Part shown: piece after piece, positions 38,168 to 49,762 of the stretch | How the letters are laid out: each line of letters opens with the position of its first letter | Position numbering within the stretch: the stretch's first letter is position 1 | Source: an uncultured Planctomycetaceae bacterium | GTDB taxonomy: Bacteria > Planctomycetota > Planctomycetia > Pirellulales > PALSA-1355 | Assembly (NCBI GenBank): GCA_963785305.1 | Contig: CAWAUV010000007.1 | Span: forward strand, 1,760,001-1,824,000 | DNA length: 64,000 nucleotides | Direction: 5' to 3' | Position numbers and translations under genes: made by a program | Notes under the pieces: model-generated | What the model was told of the DNA's origin: nothing | Database searches by the model: none | The model's input: the letters and a program-made list of their open reading frames with translations, nothing else

Positions 38168-39478
38168 GTGGTGTCTTGGCGAAATTGTTTGCTCGTGGTG
38201 TTGCTGGCCATTGCGGTCCGGTTCGTGGCCGGATGGTATATGCAGTCGCATGTGCGCGCGGGCAGTCGTTTCGAGTTTGGCGACAGCGACACCTATTGGG
38301 ACTTGGCACGGGCAATCGCCAGCGGCCGGCCCTATGACTACGCCGGCATGCAGGTGTTTCGCACTCCGGGCTACCCGTTGTTTCTCGCGGCGGTGCTCAA
38401 AGTTGCAGGGCCCGAGGCAAGTCCGGCTTGGGGGCGGGCGGCGAGCGCCGTGCTGGGTGGCGCGACCGTGGCGATCGTCATGTTTTGGGGACGATGGGCG
38501 TTTTCTTCGCGGGCCGGATTTTGGGCCGGGTTGATCGTGGCGCTCTACCCGGGGATCGTGGCGCTGGGCGGCGTGGTGCTCAGCGAAGCACTCTTCATGC
38601 CGCTGATGGCGATCCAACTCGCCTGCTGGACGCGGGCTTGGCAGGCGAGCCGGAGCGCGGCCTTGGCGTCCGCCGAGACACCGCGACCATCGCGGGCCAA
38701 GTTCTCGTCGCCGCCCGAACTCTACTGGAGCGCCGCGGCCGGCGCCGCCGCGGGCCTGGCGACTCTCGCGCGGCCTAGCTGGCTGCTTTTCACGCCGCTG
38801 GCCCTGGTTTTAGAACGCATCGGTCCCTGGCGCGCGATGGGCGCCTCGCGGAGCGGGTCGCGGCTGCCGGGCGGACTGGTGATGCTCGCGGCGCTGGTCG
38901 CGGTGATGGCGCCGTGGTGGATTCGCAACGCAATGGTCACTGGCCATTTCGTGCCGACCACATTGCAGGTGGGCGCGAGCCTCTACGATGGCCTGAACCC
39001 GGCGGCCGATGGCAGCAGCGAGATGTCGTTCGCGTGCGCGTATACCGCGGCGCTCGAGCGCGAAGACTCGCTCGACCCGGCCCCGAAGCGTGACTCCTTC
39101 GAATACCGGCTCGATGCTCGACTCCGGGCCGACGCTTGGCGCTGGGCGACCGAACATCAGGGCCAGGCGGTGCGGCTGGGGTTCATCAAACTTGGGCGCA
39201 TTTGGAATATCTGGCCCAATGAGGCCTCGTTTTGCGCGTGGCCAGTGCGGCTCGTGGTCGTGTGCTCATTCGTGCCGCTCGCGTTGGGCGGGCTCATGGG
39301 CGCTTGGCGACTGGCTCGGGTTGGCTGGCCCGTGGCGCTATGCTGGGCGCCGGCGGTGTATATCTCGATGTTGCATGTGGTGTTCGTGGGCTCGATGCGT
39401 TATCGGGAGCCGGTCATGCTGGGTTTGATCGTGCTCGCCGCCGCGTGGTGGACCCGCTCGGCGGAAGCTGGCGGATAA
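38168..39478 (+). CDS. ArnT/PMT-like (GT39/GT83) membrane glycosyltransferase
   Basis: GDSDTYWDLA, FRTPGYPLF, LSEALF, ATLARP and PWWIRN motifs. Confidence 0.8.
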   Translation: MVSWRNCLLVVLLAIAVRFVAGWYMQSHVRAGSRFEFGDSDTYWDLARAIASGRPYDYAGMQVFRTPGYPLFLAAVLKVAGPEASPAWGRAASAVLGGATVAIVMFWGRWAFSSRAGFWAGLIVALYPGIVALGGVVLSEALFMPLMAIQLACWTRAWQASRSAALASAETPRPSRAKFSSPPELYWSAAAGAAAGLATLARPSWLLFTPLALVLERIGPWRAMGASRSGSRLPGGLVMLAALVAVMAPWWIRNAMVTGHFVPTTLQVGASLYDGLNPAADGSSEMSFACAYTAALEREDSLDPAPKRDSFEYRLDARLRADAWRWATEHQGQAVRLGFIKLGRIWNIWPNEASFCAWPVRLVVVCSFVPLALGGLMGAWRLARVGWPVALCWAPAVYISMLHVVFVGSMRYREPVMLGLIVLAAAWWTRSAEAGG

Positions 39479-39545
39479 GAGATTAATAAACGATCGGAAA
39501 GCGGCAGGACGCCGCTGGGCGCGTGCTGAAGGAACGGCGACGACA

Positions 39546-42500
39546 TTGCGCGGGATCATCAACTTCTTCTGGCGATTCTTCAAATGGGGCCTTGGGCTCG
39601 GCGTTGTCGCCGCGCTCGTGGCGGCGCCCTTCGTGTTTCGCCATGTCGATGAATTCATCCGCGTCAAGATCGAGACCAAGATCGCGCAAAACTACCCGAA
39701 TCTTTCGGTGCGCATTCGCTCGGCCCAGCTTATCGATGGCCAGGGGATCGAAGTGCGCGGCTTATCGATCGTCGAACCCGCCGCCGCCGGTCCGCAAGCC
39801 GAGCTTGTGTATATCGATGAGATGATGCTGGGCTGCGACACGAGCTTGAAGGAATTGGCCAAGGGCGAGCCGAAGATCACGCATGTCAAAATCCGGCGCC
39901 CGATTCTCCGCACCACCCGGCGTCCCGATGGGGCCTGGAGCGCGACCCGGCTGCTGCCGCTGCCGCGCTTGGGCGGAGCGCTCGTTTCGGGCGTGATCGA
40001 AAACGGCACGATCGAAGCCTTCGATCCGCTTCGCAATCCCTCGACCACGTGTACCCTGCGGGATGTGCAGGTGAGTTTCCGCCCCTCGGATCCGCCCGGC
40101 CTCGCCGATGGCGCCGGGCGCCCGATCCCGCGCGTCAAGGTCAACGCTGGCTCGACATGCAGGGCGCTTTCACGACCGATCAGGTGCAGCGGGTACAAGT
40201 CACGGGCAAGGTCGATCTCGATTCGCAGCGGTGGAGCGTCGAAGGCACGATTGAAGGCTTGCAAGTCGGGCCCGAGCTCTACGCCGGTCTGCCCGGCATC
40301 TCGCCCGAATGGCTCGAACGCATGGCGGCGCTTCGCGGCGAGGCCCGCGGCCGCTTTCAAGCGCATCGCGACCAAGACGCGCCAGCGCCCATCCACTATG
40401 AGATCGACGCCGAGCTCACGCGCGGTCGCATCGACGACCCGCGATTGCCCTATCCGCTCAACGATGTGCGAGCTCATTTGGTCGCGTCGCCCGCCGGACT
40501 CAAGATCGATGAATTCACGGCCCGCAACGGTGAAACATCGATCAAGCTTTCGCTCGAGCGCCACGGCTGGACCGCGGACAGTCCGCTGACATTGGCGGCC
40601 GAGGGGCTGCACTTGCGGCTCGATCGTCAGATCGCGCATCCTCCCGGAAGCGATGGCGGTCGAGTGGTATAAATTCCTGCCCGAGGGCGAGTTGCACGCC
40701 AAGGTCAATCTGGCTTACGAAGCCGGAGTCTGGAAGCCGCGGATCGAGGCCCGCTTATTGAACCTGGCTTTTAGCTATAGCAAGTTTCCTTATCGGCTCG
40801 ATCGGGCAACCGGCGCCATGACGCTGGCCGACAATCGGCTTTCGATCAACCTGACCGCTTATAGCGGCAGCCAACCGGTGCGCATTCGAGGCGAGCTGCG
40901 CGACCCGGGGCCGAAGTATGTGGGCTTCGTGGACATCGACGGCGATAATCTTTCGTTCGACGATCGGCTCTTGGCCGCGCTGCCCGATCAGAGCCGGGCG
41001 CGGTGCGCGCCTTGCGACCCCAGGGGCAGTTTCATTTCACGGGCCGCATCTGGCGCGACGATCCCTCCGAGCCCAAGCCTCACGAACAGTTTCAAATGCG
41101 GCTGATGCGCCTGCGCGATGTGCTATGAAAAATTCCCTTACCCGCTGCAAAACATTCGCGGCACGATCGAGCACCGCGACGGGGTCTGGCAGTTCCGCAA
41201 TCTCGAGGGCCACAACGACACCGCCGAAGTGCGCTGCCAAGGCGTGTTGACTCCGGAGCGAGATGGCCATCGGCTGGCGCTCGCGATCTCGGCCGATAAC
41301 GTGCCGCTGGAAGAAGAATTGCGCGACGCGCTCTCCTCCCAAGTGCAGCATCTTTGGATGTCGCTCAAACCGCGCGGCAGCTGCGATTTGAACGCCGACG
41401 TCACCTATACCTCGAGCGACAAGCGGCTGGGGCTGCGCGTCGACGCCCGGCCGCGGCCCGACACCACCTCGATCGAGCCCGTGGCGTTTCCCTACCGCTT
41501 GGAAAAGCTGCGCGGCGCGATTCACTATCAAGATGGCCATGTCGAGTTCGACAGTATCGAGGCCGTGCATGGCCGCACCCTGGTTTCCAGCGGCGGTTAT
41601 TGCGATTTTCTACCCGATGGCCGATGGAGTTTGCAGTTCAAGAAACTGGCGGTCGATCGCGTGAAGTTCGACCATGAGCTTGTGGCCGCGCTGCCCGAAG
41701 GACTGCGCAAGGCGGCGCTCGAGTTGAAGCCCAATGCGCCGATCAATGTGCGCGGCGCTTTTGGCTTTGCCCGCGGCGCCACGGCCAATGCGCCGCTCAC
41801 GAGCCAATGGGAGCTCACCGTGGACCTGAGCCAAATGACCGTCGATCCCGGCGTGAAGCTCGAAAACATCTATGGCGCGATCCACTTGGCCGGCGCCTAC
41901 GATGGCGAACGCTTCTATTCGCGCGGTGAACTGGCTCTCGACAGCGTGACCTATAAGAACTACCAGTTTACCCAAGTGCTGGGGCCGCTGTGGATCGACA
42001 ATACCCGACTGCTGCTCGGGGCTTGGGCCGAATCGAAACAATCGCGCGGGCCAAGAAGCGTCACGGCTCGCATCTTCGGCGGCACGGCCCTGGCCGACTG
42101 CCAGGTGATGTTCGTGCCCTCGCCGCAATTTCATTTGCGGGCCAGCCTCAGCGATGGCGACTTGGCCCAGTTTGCCCAAGAGCATCTGGTGGGCGAACAG
42201 ACCCTCAAAGGTAAAGTGCTCGCCAATCTCCAGCTCCAGGGAAACAACAAAGGCGCCAAGTCGCTCTTGGGCGATGGCGTGATTCGGCTGCATGACGCCG
42301 ATGTGTATGAGCTGCCCGCCATGGTGCAGTTGCTCAAGATATTGAGTGTGCGGGCGCCCGACAAAACCGCGTTTACCCAGAGCGATATCGATTTTCGCAT
42401 TCAAGGCGACTATGTGATTTTCGACCGCATCAATTTCAAGGGCGACGCGGTGAGCTTGCTCGGCCGCGGTCAAATGAATCTCGACACGCAGGTAAATCTC

Positions 42501-42755
42501 ACGTTCCGCGCGGAGATTGGCCGCGGCGACTGGCAGCTTCCGGTGGTGCGCACCGTGCTCAGCGAGGCCAGCAACCAAGTGATGCAGATTCATGTCGATG
42601 GCACGCTCGACCGCCCAAATATTCGTCGCGAGGCGTTTCCGGGCGTGAACCAAGCGCTCCAACAGTTACAAGCGGACTTGCAGAACCCCGATGCCCCGCC
42701 GCCGGCCGCTCCCCAAGCCCGGAGGTTGCTGCCGCCCCTGCTTAAAAGGCAGTGA
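39546..42755 (+). CDS. AsmA-like protein; about four frameshifts
   Basis: N-terminal TM anchor, repeated (K)FPY(R/P)L beta segments, C-terminal SLLGRGQMNLD and HVDGTLDRP; pieces 39546, 40049, 40653 and 41118. Confidence 0.75.
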
Positions 42756-42873
42756 TTTTGCCGATAAAGTGCGGGTGGAGGAATGAGCGCTCGTGTCGCC
42801 GATGGGTCCCGCGGCGTTTGCTCCTGAACCGCCCGCTCTCCATGCATCCGCCGCCAATTTCGGAATCACGCCC

Positions 42874-43212
42874 ATGAGCATCGGCCCGACCGTGCCCGCC
42901 TCGATCGCCGGGCTTTCGCTTGCCCAGGTAGGCGCCACGCAATCGGAACGTTCGCACGAAGCCGGCGCTCGCCAGATGCGGGCGGCGCTCGATCTCAAGA
43001 GCGAAAGCGCGGCCGGAGTGGGCACGACCGATGGCGAGGAGCACGCCGCCGGCGAACGCGACGCCGATGGCCGCCGCCTCTGGGAGGCGCCGCTGGGGCG
43101 CCGCCAGACGCAATCCGCCCAGGGCGACGAAGCGTCCGACGAGACTTCGCAATCCGGCGCTTCGCCCGCGTCCGACGAGCTGCTCGGCCAAGAGCTCGAC
43201 CTCTCGGGCTGA
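42874..43212 (+). CDS. Conserved hypothetical protein (112 aa)
   Basis: ERDADGRRLWE motif and C-terminal GQELDLSG. Confidence 0.6.
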   Translation: MSIGPTVPASIAGLSLAQVGATQSERSHEAGARQMRAALDLKSESAAGVGTTDGEEHAAGERDADGRRLWEAPLGRRQTQSAQGDEASDETSQSGASPASDELLGQELDLSG

Positions 43213-43466
43213 TTCCGGCATTCGGCTCGCGATGCGTCGCGGCAATGGCGTCGCGCCCTCCCGCGAGCGCCGCGCCGCGCGCGTCGGCCGACCTCCGCCA
43301 CGAATCGCCGTGTCGATCCTTCGCCCTCGAATCCAAGGATGTTCCCTGAACTTCTCGCGTCGCGCACCAACCGTGCGCCGCTTTTGCCGCGAATCGCCCG
43401 AGCGCGGAGGACGGGAGGACGGGAAAAACCCCGGCAACGCAAAATGCGCAAAATGCCGGTCCGGCA

Positions 43467-44716
43467 CAGGGTCGCTCATTCTTTCAAGATGCCGAGTCTG
43501 GTGAGGAGGCGGTCGACTCGGGCGGCGTTTTCTCGCAGAGTTTGGGCGATTTGGGTGCATCCTAGCGATCGTAGGAGGGTAAGGCCCGCATTGCGGAGCG
43601 TGCTGAACGCCTGGGCGCGCTGCCCTTGCGGATTCGGCAGGCGTCCTCGCCCAGAACCACGTCGCGAACCCAGTGGGACTTGTTTTCGATGCCCCAGTGC
43701 CCGCGCCACCAGCCCAGCAGGTCGGCGGCCGAGCCTTTGGGTCGTGGCGCGCTGGAAATGGCATACGCCACTTCGTGGGTCTGAATGCCCTTGCGCCAGG
43801 TCGTGCGGTCGAGTCGGCAGACCTGCTCCAGGCCGGGCCAATCCAAGTGCTTCGCCAACCGGGTCGAAGCTTGCAGAGAGCGATGTTCTCGCCGGCCGTG
43901 TCCCTTGTTCAACGTTTCGGCGACATCGAGATGGGATTGGCGTTGCTTCTCGTTATAGGGGGGAAAAGGCCGGCTCGAACTCGGCGGCGATGGCCTGCAT
44001 TAGAGTCGGCTGATTGTCTTTGACCACCAGGAGATAATGCCCGCCGCCGTCGATGATTTTCTGGCAGATCTCGCGCTGACACAGCAGGGCGTCGCCCGTG
44101 ATGACGCGGCCTTTCAAGACGATCGTTTCCAAGAGTTCCGGCGCGGCGGTGATCTCGTTGGTCTTGCCATCGACTTCCATTTGACTCAAGACATAGCCGG
44201 TTTCTTGGTCGTACAAGGACAGCAGATGGGCCGTCCGTCCGTGCGCGTTCAGCACTCCGCACAGGGACTTGCCATCCATCGCGACGGCGGACAACTTTGC
44301 CTCATCCACAACCTCGCCCAGTTGCGACTCGACCCATTCTCGCACGCACTGCTCTAAAATCACGGGGTCGAGGGCCAGGATCAGATCACGGAAGGCATTG
44401 GCGCAAGGAGGCTTGCGCCAATAGCCCAGCAACCACCAGATTTTTCGGTCCTGCGACGCGATCCAATCGGCGATCGCCTTGTAACCTCGGTGGCCGCAAA
44501 GGATTCCGCAAACCACGGTGGCCATCATGGCCGAGAGCGAAAAGCGTCGCCCCCGCCGCCCACGAGGATCGGGAATCCGCGACAAGAAATCGAGCAGACT
44601 CGTTGCTTCGGCAGTCGCCATGCAAGCATCTCCAGCAGAATAAAGGTGAGTGGACGCACGTACACACTCATCCTACGCGGGAGACTTCCGCTAGACTAGA
44701 ACAATGATTGGCCCTG
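43467..44716 (-). mobile_element. ISAs1-family insertion sequence, copy 2 (inverted relative to copy 1)
   Basis: Near-identical to 29328-30578, same IRs; transposase 43476-44621; one extra indel near 43615. Confidence 0.92.
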
Positions 44717-44798
44717 CGCGTTCGACAAATGGGCGAGGACTTCGCCATAATGCCGACCGTTTTTTTGCCCACCCCAAAACACCCGCCCTCAAGACGCC

Positions 44799-46031
44799 AT
44801 GCAACCCTCGCCGAACGAATCTTCCGCCGGGCCGTCGCGAGGCCGCTGGCTCAATCGCACCGTGCTCGGTATCGCGCTGGCCAGTCTCTGCTCGGACGTG
44901 GGCCACGAAATGGCCACCACGGCGATGCCCGCCTTGCTCGCCTCGCTCGGCGCAGCGCCATGACGCTTGGCCTCATCGAGGGCGCCGCCGATGCCCTTTC
45001 CAGCTTCGCCAAGATGTTTTCGGGGATCTATAGCGATCGTCTCGCGAGGAGAAAGCCGCTCGCCGTGGTGGGCTACTTGGTCACCGCTAGCGGCATGGCC
45101 AGCTTCTCGCTCGCCACCGCTTCGTGGCAGGTGTTTCTCGCGCGGGTCGGCGCCTGGATGGGCCGCGGCGCTCGAACTCCGGTGCGAAATGTGCTCATGA
45201 CCGAAGCCACCACACCGGAAACCTACGGCCGAGCCTTCGGCTTCGAACGCTCGATGGACAGCGCCGGCGCCGTGATCGGGCCGCTCATCGCCTGGAGCGT
45301 GCTCCACTTCACTGGCGCTCCGCTAAAATCGCTCTTTGTCTGGACCCTCGTGCCAGGGATCGCCGCGGCGCTCTTTATCGCTCTACTAGTGCGCGAAAAG
45401 CCGCACACGCCGCATCCCCGGACCCCGCTCTCGGGAAGCGTCGCCTCGCTGCCCGGCGCTTTCAAATCCTATCTGGCCGGGGTGAGCATTGCCGGCCTGG
45501 GAGATTTTTCGAACACGCTCTTGATTCTTTGGGCCACCCAGGCCTGGACGCCCCGATTGGGCATGGAAGCAGCGGCCCAGCGGGCGATGCTCTTCTATGT
45601 CGGCTACAACGTCGTGTACACCATCGCCTGCTCCGTGGCCGGATTCCTGGCCGACCGCTTGCCGAAACACTGGGTGCTGGGCGGCGGCTACGCGCTGGCC
45701 GTGATTCCGGCCGTGGCGCTGACTGACGTCGGGCGATTCGATCGCGAAATTCGCCATCGTGTTCGGAGTGTCGGGCATTTACATGGGCTTCTGGGAAACG
45801 CTCGAGAGCGTCACGGCGGCCACGCTGCTACCCCAGGAGCGGCGCGGCGTGGGCTTTGGAGTACTGGCCACGGTCAACGGCCTGGGCGACTTCGTGTCAA
45901 GCGCGCTCGTCGGCACGCTCTGGGCCTTCTCTCCCACGGCGTCGATGAGCCTCGTGGCCGCCGCAAGTTTGATCGGCGCGACGATCATTGTGCGCACCGG
46001 CCAAAAGGCGCGGACAACACCCGCCCCGTGA
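44799..46031 (+). CDS. MFS transporter; two frameshifts
   Basis: ASLCSDVGHEM, GIYSDRLARRK, GRAFGFERSMDSAGA and GFLADRL. Confidence 0.88.
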
Positions 46032-46533
46032 TGGCGCCTCGAGCTGGCGAATGATTCGGAACAGCGAGATTGAGGCGGACGGCGATGGAGAGTTTGGAGC
46101 TTACTCTTCCATTTGGCTGTTGATTGAGCACGCCGTACAATCTCACTTTAATAGACGCCGGGCGCCGGGCTACGCTTGCGTGGGCATGCCGTCAATCGTT
46201 CGCCGTTGCCATGAGCGACCCATCACAAGTCCGCGTCGCGCGGCCCCCGCATGCACACACTTGTCATGGGCATGCGCGCCGATCGCCGCGTCGCCCATAA
46301 GGCGGCATGCCCACGCGAGCGTGGGCGCCGCGCGCGGGCAACGTCGACGCTCGACGACTCGGCTTATGGCATCCATGCGTGGCACAACCTCGAGGCGCGG
46401 TCGCTGGACGCGATTTGTCGCCTAGTTCGCTATCACGGTTGGCACAATGGATAACCCCGTTTGCTCGCGCGGCATGTCATCGATCGATGCTTAAGATCGA
46501 ATATTTTAAACTGCGTAAAGAGAGTTCTCTAAA

Positions 46534-46734
46534 ATGTTAAAAGCTGCAAGGTGGCTCAATATCGTCGCGATACTTCTGGTCGTCGCGTTTATCGTGTCAG
46601 CCATTGGAAGGAGGCTCCACGCCGAACTGCTGTCGTTCCCGGTTCTATTAATAGCGATCGCCCAGGCGCTAAATTTTAGCGGACTACAGCGGAAAACGAC
46701 ATCGAACGACGACCGTTCATACCCCGGCGAGTAG
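46534..46734 (+). CDS. Small two-TM hypothetical protein, lower GC
   Basis: 66 aa with two hydrophobic helices. Confidence 0.45.
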   Translation: MLKAARWLNIVAILLVVAFIVSAIGRRLHAELLSFPVLLIAIAQALNFSGLQRKTTSNDDRSYPGE

Positions 46735-46852
46735 CGGGAACATTTGTTCGGTAAGCAAGACATTTGCGCATGGGGTTTGCAGACGGTTACGCATTTGGTT
46801 CTTTCGTCTTCATGTGCGTTGCTCAACGAACAATCTCGTTTTGCGCAGCAGA

Positions 46853-46918
46853 CCCTCGCTGACGCGTCGGGTTGTGATCGGAGGGCGTTTCCGTCGTAAC
46901 CCGACGCGTCAGCGAGGG
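46853..46918. repeat. REP-like inverted repeat
   Basis: Perfect 21-bp arms CCCTCGCTGACGCGTCGGGTT / AACCCGACGCGTCAGCGAGGG. Confidence 0.75.
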
Positions 46919-47096
46919 CTTCCGTGATCCGCCCCGCGCAGTACGTCTAGCGGCAGCCCGCACTCAAAAACGGAAGAGCCGGGCTTATTACATTTAGAAA
47001 CGGAAGAGCCACATTTTTGGTTGATTTTAGAATAGGTACGAAAATTATACCTGGACGTTTGGTCAGTGTGTAAAATTCAGCGAAAGGATCACGACA

Positions 47097-47300
47097 ATGA
47101 CACCCGCCGCGACGCAGGATTTTTACTCGATCGGCCATTTGGCCGGCATGTTGCAACGCTCGACCCGCGCGATCGAAAGGCTTGCGAACAAGCTCAAGAT
47201 TGCGCCGGCGATGCGGGTGAACGGCGTCGCGCATTTTGATGGCTCACAAGTCGAGCGGATTGCCGGCGCCTTCCGGGCCGAGAAACCAACGACCAAGTAA
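47097..47300 (+). CDS. Small HTH DNA-binding protein (excisionase/MerR-like)
   Basis: YSIGHLAGMLQRSTRAIERLA HTH pattern followed by a wing. Confidence 0.6.
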   Translation: MTPAATQDFYSIGHLAGMLQRSTRAIERLANKLKIAPAMRVNGVAHFDGSQVERIAGAFRAEKPTTK

Positions 47301-47315
47301 ACCAAGGAAAACCGC

Positions 47316-47846
47316 ATGACGACCGAAGCCGATTCGACGACACTGGAGGCCGGAATTGTCGCGAGCCTCACGCCACAGGGCGGAGTAATCGCCGCGACCG
47401 CCGACAGCGCGAAACTCGCTTTCACCGCGGACAGCATGGCGGCAAACAGCCCGTTCGGGTTGTTGATCGTGGGCACCGAAGTGAAGTTTTTGCGCGGTGG
47501 CGCAAACCGCGTGGACAGCATGGGGCGCCCGGTTGCCGCGCAAGTCGCAATCGCGAACCCAGGCGCGAACGCGGCTGCCATCGCGGCGTTGCCGCAAGCC
47601 TGCGTTGCGACCGTGGGCAATTGCTATGTCGCGACGTCGGCGGACGCGACCGCCGGGGCCATCACCATCGCCACCGGCGCTGGTACCGCGGTCATTGGCG
47701 CCACTGTGTCCGTTCTCCGCGGTGGCCGAACTGCGACGAGCGACGTTGCCATTTCTTGGCATGGCTCGACGCTCACCGTGGCAAATAGCGGGGCTTACTC
47801 GATTCAAGCCGGCGACGTGATTTCATGGGTCGCGGCCGTCATTTAA
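47316..47846 (+). CDS. Phage structural-like protein, possibly head decoration
   Basis: AAGGA RBS; Ala/Gly/Thr-rich beta composition; assignment by resemblance only. Confidence 0.4.
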   Translation: MTTEADSTTLEAGIVASLTPQGGVIAATADSAKLAFTADSMAANSPFGLLIVGTEVKFLRGGANRVDSMGRPVAAQVAIANPGANAAAIAALPQACVATVGNCYVATSADATAGAITIATGAGTAVIGATVSVLRGGRTATSDVAISWHGSTLTVANSGAYSIQAGDVISWVAAVI

Positions 47847-47847
47847 C

Positions 47848-48507
47848 GTGTCGCGACGAGACACCGAAACCACAAAATCAAGGATCAAAAACGTGCTCGC
47901 CACATCGCCCGACCGCATCTTGTCGCTCGTTGGCAAGTTGCCCGGAATGCAAAAGTTGCTCGCCGAAGAGCAAAAGAAAGACGACGACGCACTGTCGCAG
48001 AAATCAAGGGCCTTGGCCGAGCGCCGGGCCGCGGCGAAGGAAGCAATCTTCGCGCTTGCCAAGCGAAAAATCGAAGCCGAGCAAGCCGTGAAGAAAGCGA
48101 GAATCGCGCTGTTCGATGCCGAGCAAGCTTGGCACAAAGTTGATTCTGAATTGAACGGTTTTGCTCACGGCGCAAGCATCGATCTTGTGGATGACGAACA
48201 GGAGTTGCTTGCCTCGAACCAAGCGGCCCTCGACGACTTCCACGGCCGACTCGACGGCGAAATCGAGCGAATCGACACGAACCGGAACTCGCTGCGGCAA
48301 GAAAAGAGCGACCCGCCGCGCTGGTTCGATGGCCGGCAAATTCGGTTCAATTACCGCTCGAACGGCGAGTTGCTCGCGCGCCGCATCAACTTCTGTCGCG
48401 ACGCGAAAGTAACCGCCAGCGAATTGGCGAGAACCTGTTCGCCGAGCGAATTCCGGGCAGCGATTGCGAAAGTGTGGGATAGCTTGCCGTCCATCGAACT
48501 CAAGTAG
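47848..48507 (+). CDS. Coiled-coil hypothetical protein
   Basis: Long charged helical heptad stretch; starts 1 nt after the upstream stop. Confidence 0.6.
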   Translation: MSRRDTETTKSRIKNVLATSPDRILSLVGKLPGMQKLLAEEQKKDDDALSQKSRALAERRAAAKEAIFALAKRKIEAEQAVKKARIALFDAEQAWHKVDSELNGFAHGASIDLVDDEQELLASNQAALDDFHGRLDGEIERIDTNRNSLRQEKSDPPRWFDGRQIRFNYRSNGELLARRINFCRDAKVTASELARTCSPSEFRAAIAKVWDSLPSIELK

Positions 48508-48513
48508 GGCACG

Positions 48514-48960
48514 ATGTATTACGCGCACGAACATGCGAAAAACGAGCTGCGGCGGACCGCGATTCACGAAGCCGGTCACTGCCTGGTTGCCCATCGCCGC
48601 GGATGCCCCGCACACAATGCTACGATCACTACCGGCAACCCGGAGTGGCTTGGCGTCACGAACTACCCGCGCCCGCGATGCACGGTCGATTTGATTGCGA
48701 TCGTGACGGCGGGCGCCGTTGCCGAGCGACTGACGCTGACGATGGCCGACGTTCACGGCTGCGCGGGCGATCAACGCGAACTCGACTCGCTGCTTCGCTG
48801 CGCCCCCAACGCAGACGAACTCTTGCGGCTGGGCCGCGAACTCGCGGAGGAGATAATAGCCGGCGACCTGCGAATCATCGGCCGGCTCGCTAGCGAGCTG
48901 CTCCGCCGTCGCACGCTGACGGCCAAGGCGATTTTGCGAATCATCTCGCGAGGTTACTAG
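48514..48960 (+). CDS. Stand-alone M41 (FtsH-type) zinc peptidase domain
   Basis: TAIHEAGHCLVA, AGAVAE and GCAGD align with [16 protein letters not shown] and GAQND of the ftsH in this window. Confidence 0.75.
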   Translation: MYYAHEHAKNELRRTAIHEAGHCLVAHRRGCPAHNATITTGNPEWLGVTNYPRPRCTVDLIAIVTAGAVAERLTLTMADVHGCAGDQRELDSLLRCAPNADELLRLGRELAEEIIAGDLRIIGRLASELLRRRTLTAKAILRIISRGY

Positions 48961-48986
48961 GTTTTGCACCCGAGGGGTACACGACA

Positions 48987-49655
48987 ATGACGACAAACGA
49001 ATCAATCATCGAGCGGCTTGCGTTCGGCGCGAACCCGAGCAGCGTCGACCGCGACAACGGAATCATCCGTGGCGTGGTCCTGGCCGAAAAAGGACCGTTC
49101 CAGTCCGGCCGCGGCGAGTTCGACGACAATTCGCTCAAGGCAATCGCGAGGCTCGGCGCGTCGGCGGCCGGCTCCGGCGGCTTGTCGTCGAACTACGGCC
49201 ATCACGACGATCTTGGCTCGCCGGATGCCATCGATTCCTATCTCGGACGCATGAAAAACGTGCGGCTCGACGGCGACAAAGTTCGCGGCGACTTGCACTT
49301 AGCCGACAGCGCGTTTTTGAATCCCGCGGGTGGAACGTCGCGCGGCGAATACCTGCTCGCCCGCGCGGCCGAAGACCCAAGTAGCTTCGGGAGCAGCCTT
49401 CAACTCCGGGCCGACAAAACTTTCCGGCTCGATTCGAGGGGGCGCCGCATGGTCGACGCGGATGGCGAGCCCCTGGCGCCGATCTGGACGCCGACCGAGA
49501 TTCTTGGCTCCGATATCGTGGCCAAGGGCGATGCCACGCCTGGCGGCTTGCTATCGGCTCGCTCGGCCGACTGGCGGCGCATGACCGCCGGCGAAAAAAC
49601 ACTCTGGCTTGCCCGGCGGCGCTGGCGGAACCGCAAGCGCCGGGCGGCCTGTTGA
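48987..49655 (+). CDS. Phage prohead-protease-like protein
   Basis: VDRDNGIIRGV...NYGH...LGRMKN...VRGDLHL...FGSS..., the H/S layout of prohead proteases. Confidence 0.55.
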   Translation: MTTNESIIERLAFGANPSSVDRDNGIIRGVVLAEKGPFQSGRGEFDDNSLKAIARLGASAAGSGGLSSNYGHHDDLGSPDAIDSYLGRMKNVRLDGDKVRGDLHLADSAFLNPAGGTSRGEYLLARAAEDPSSFGSSLQLRADKTFRLDSRGRRMVDADGEPLAPIWTPTEILGSDIVAKGDATPGGLLSARSADWRRMTAGEKTLWLARRRWRNRKRRAAC

Positions 49656-49762
49656 AAACAGCTCGCGCTCGTGGCGCGAAGCGGGGGCGGCTCGTGACCG
49701 ATCAGACGCGGGCCGCCCTTTTTGAAACAGTGGCACGACAAGATTTTAACGGAGTAAATTGT

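Noticed and set aside
46050..46500. Short ORFs between the MFS gene and the integrated element
   Set aside because: No recognisable motif or consistent reading frame
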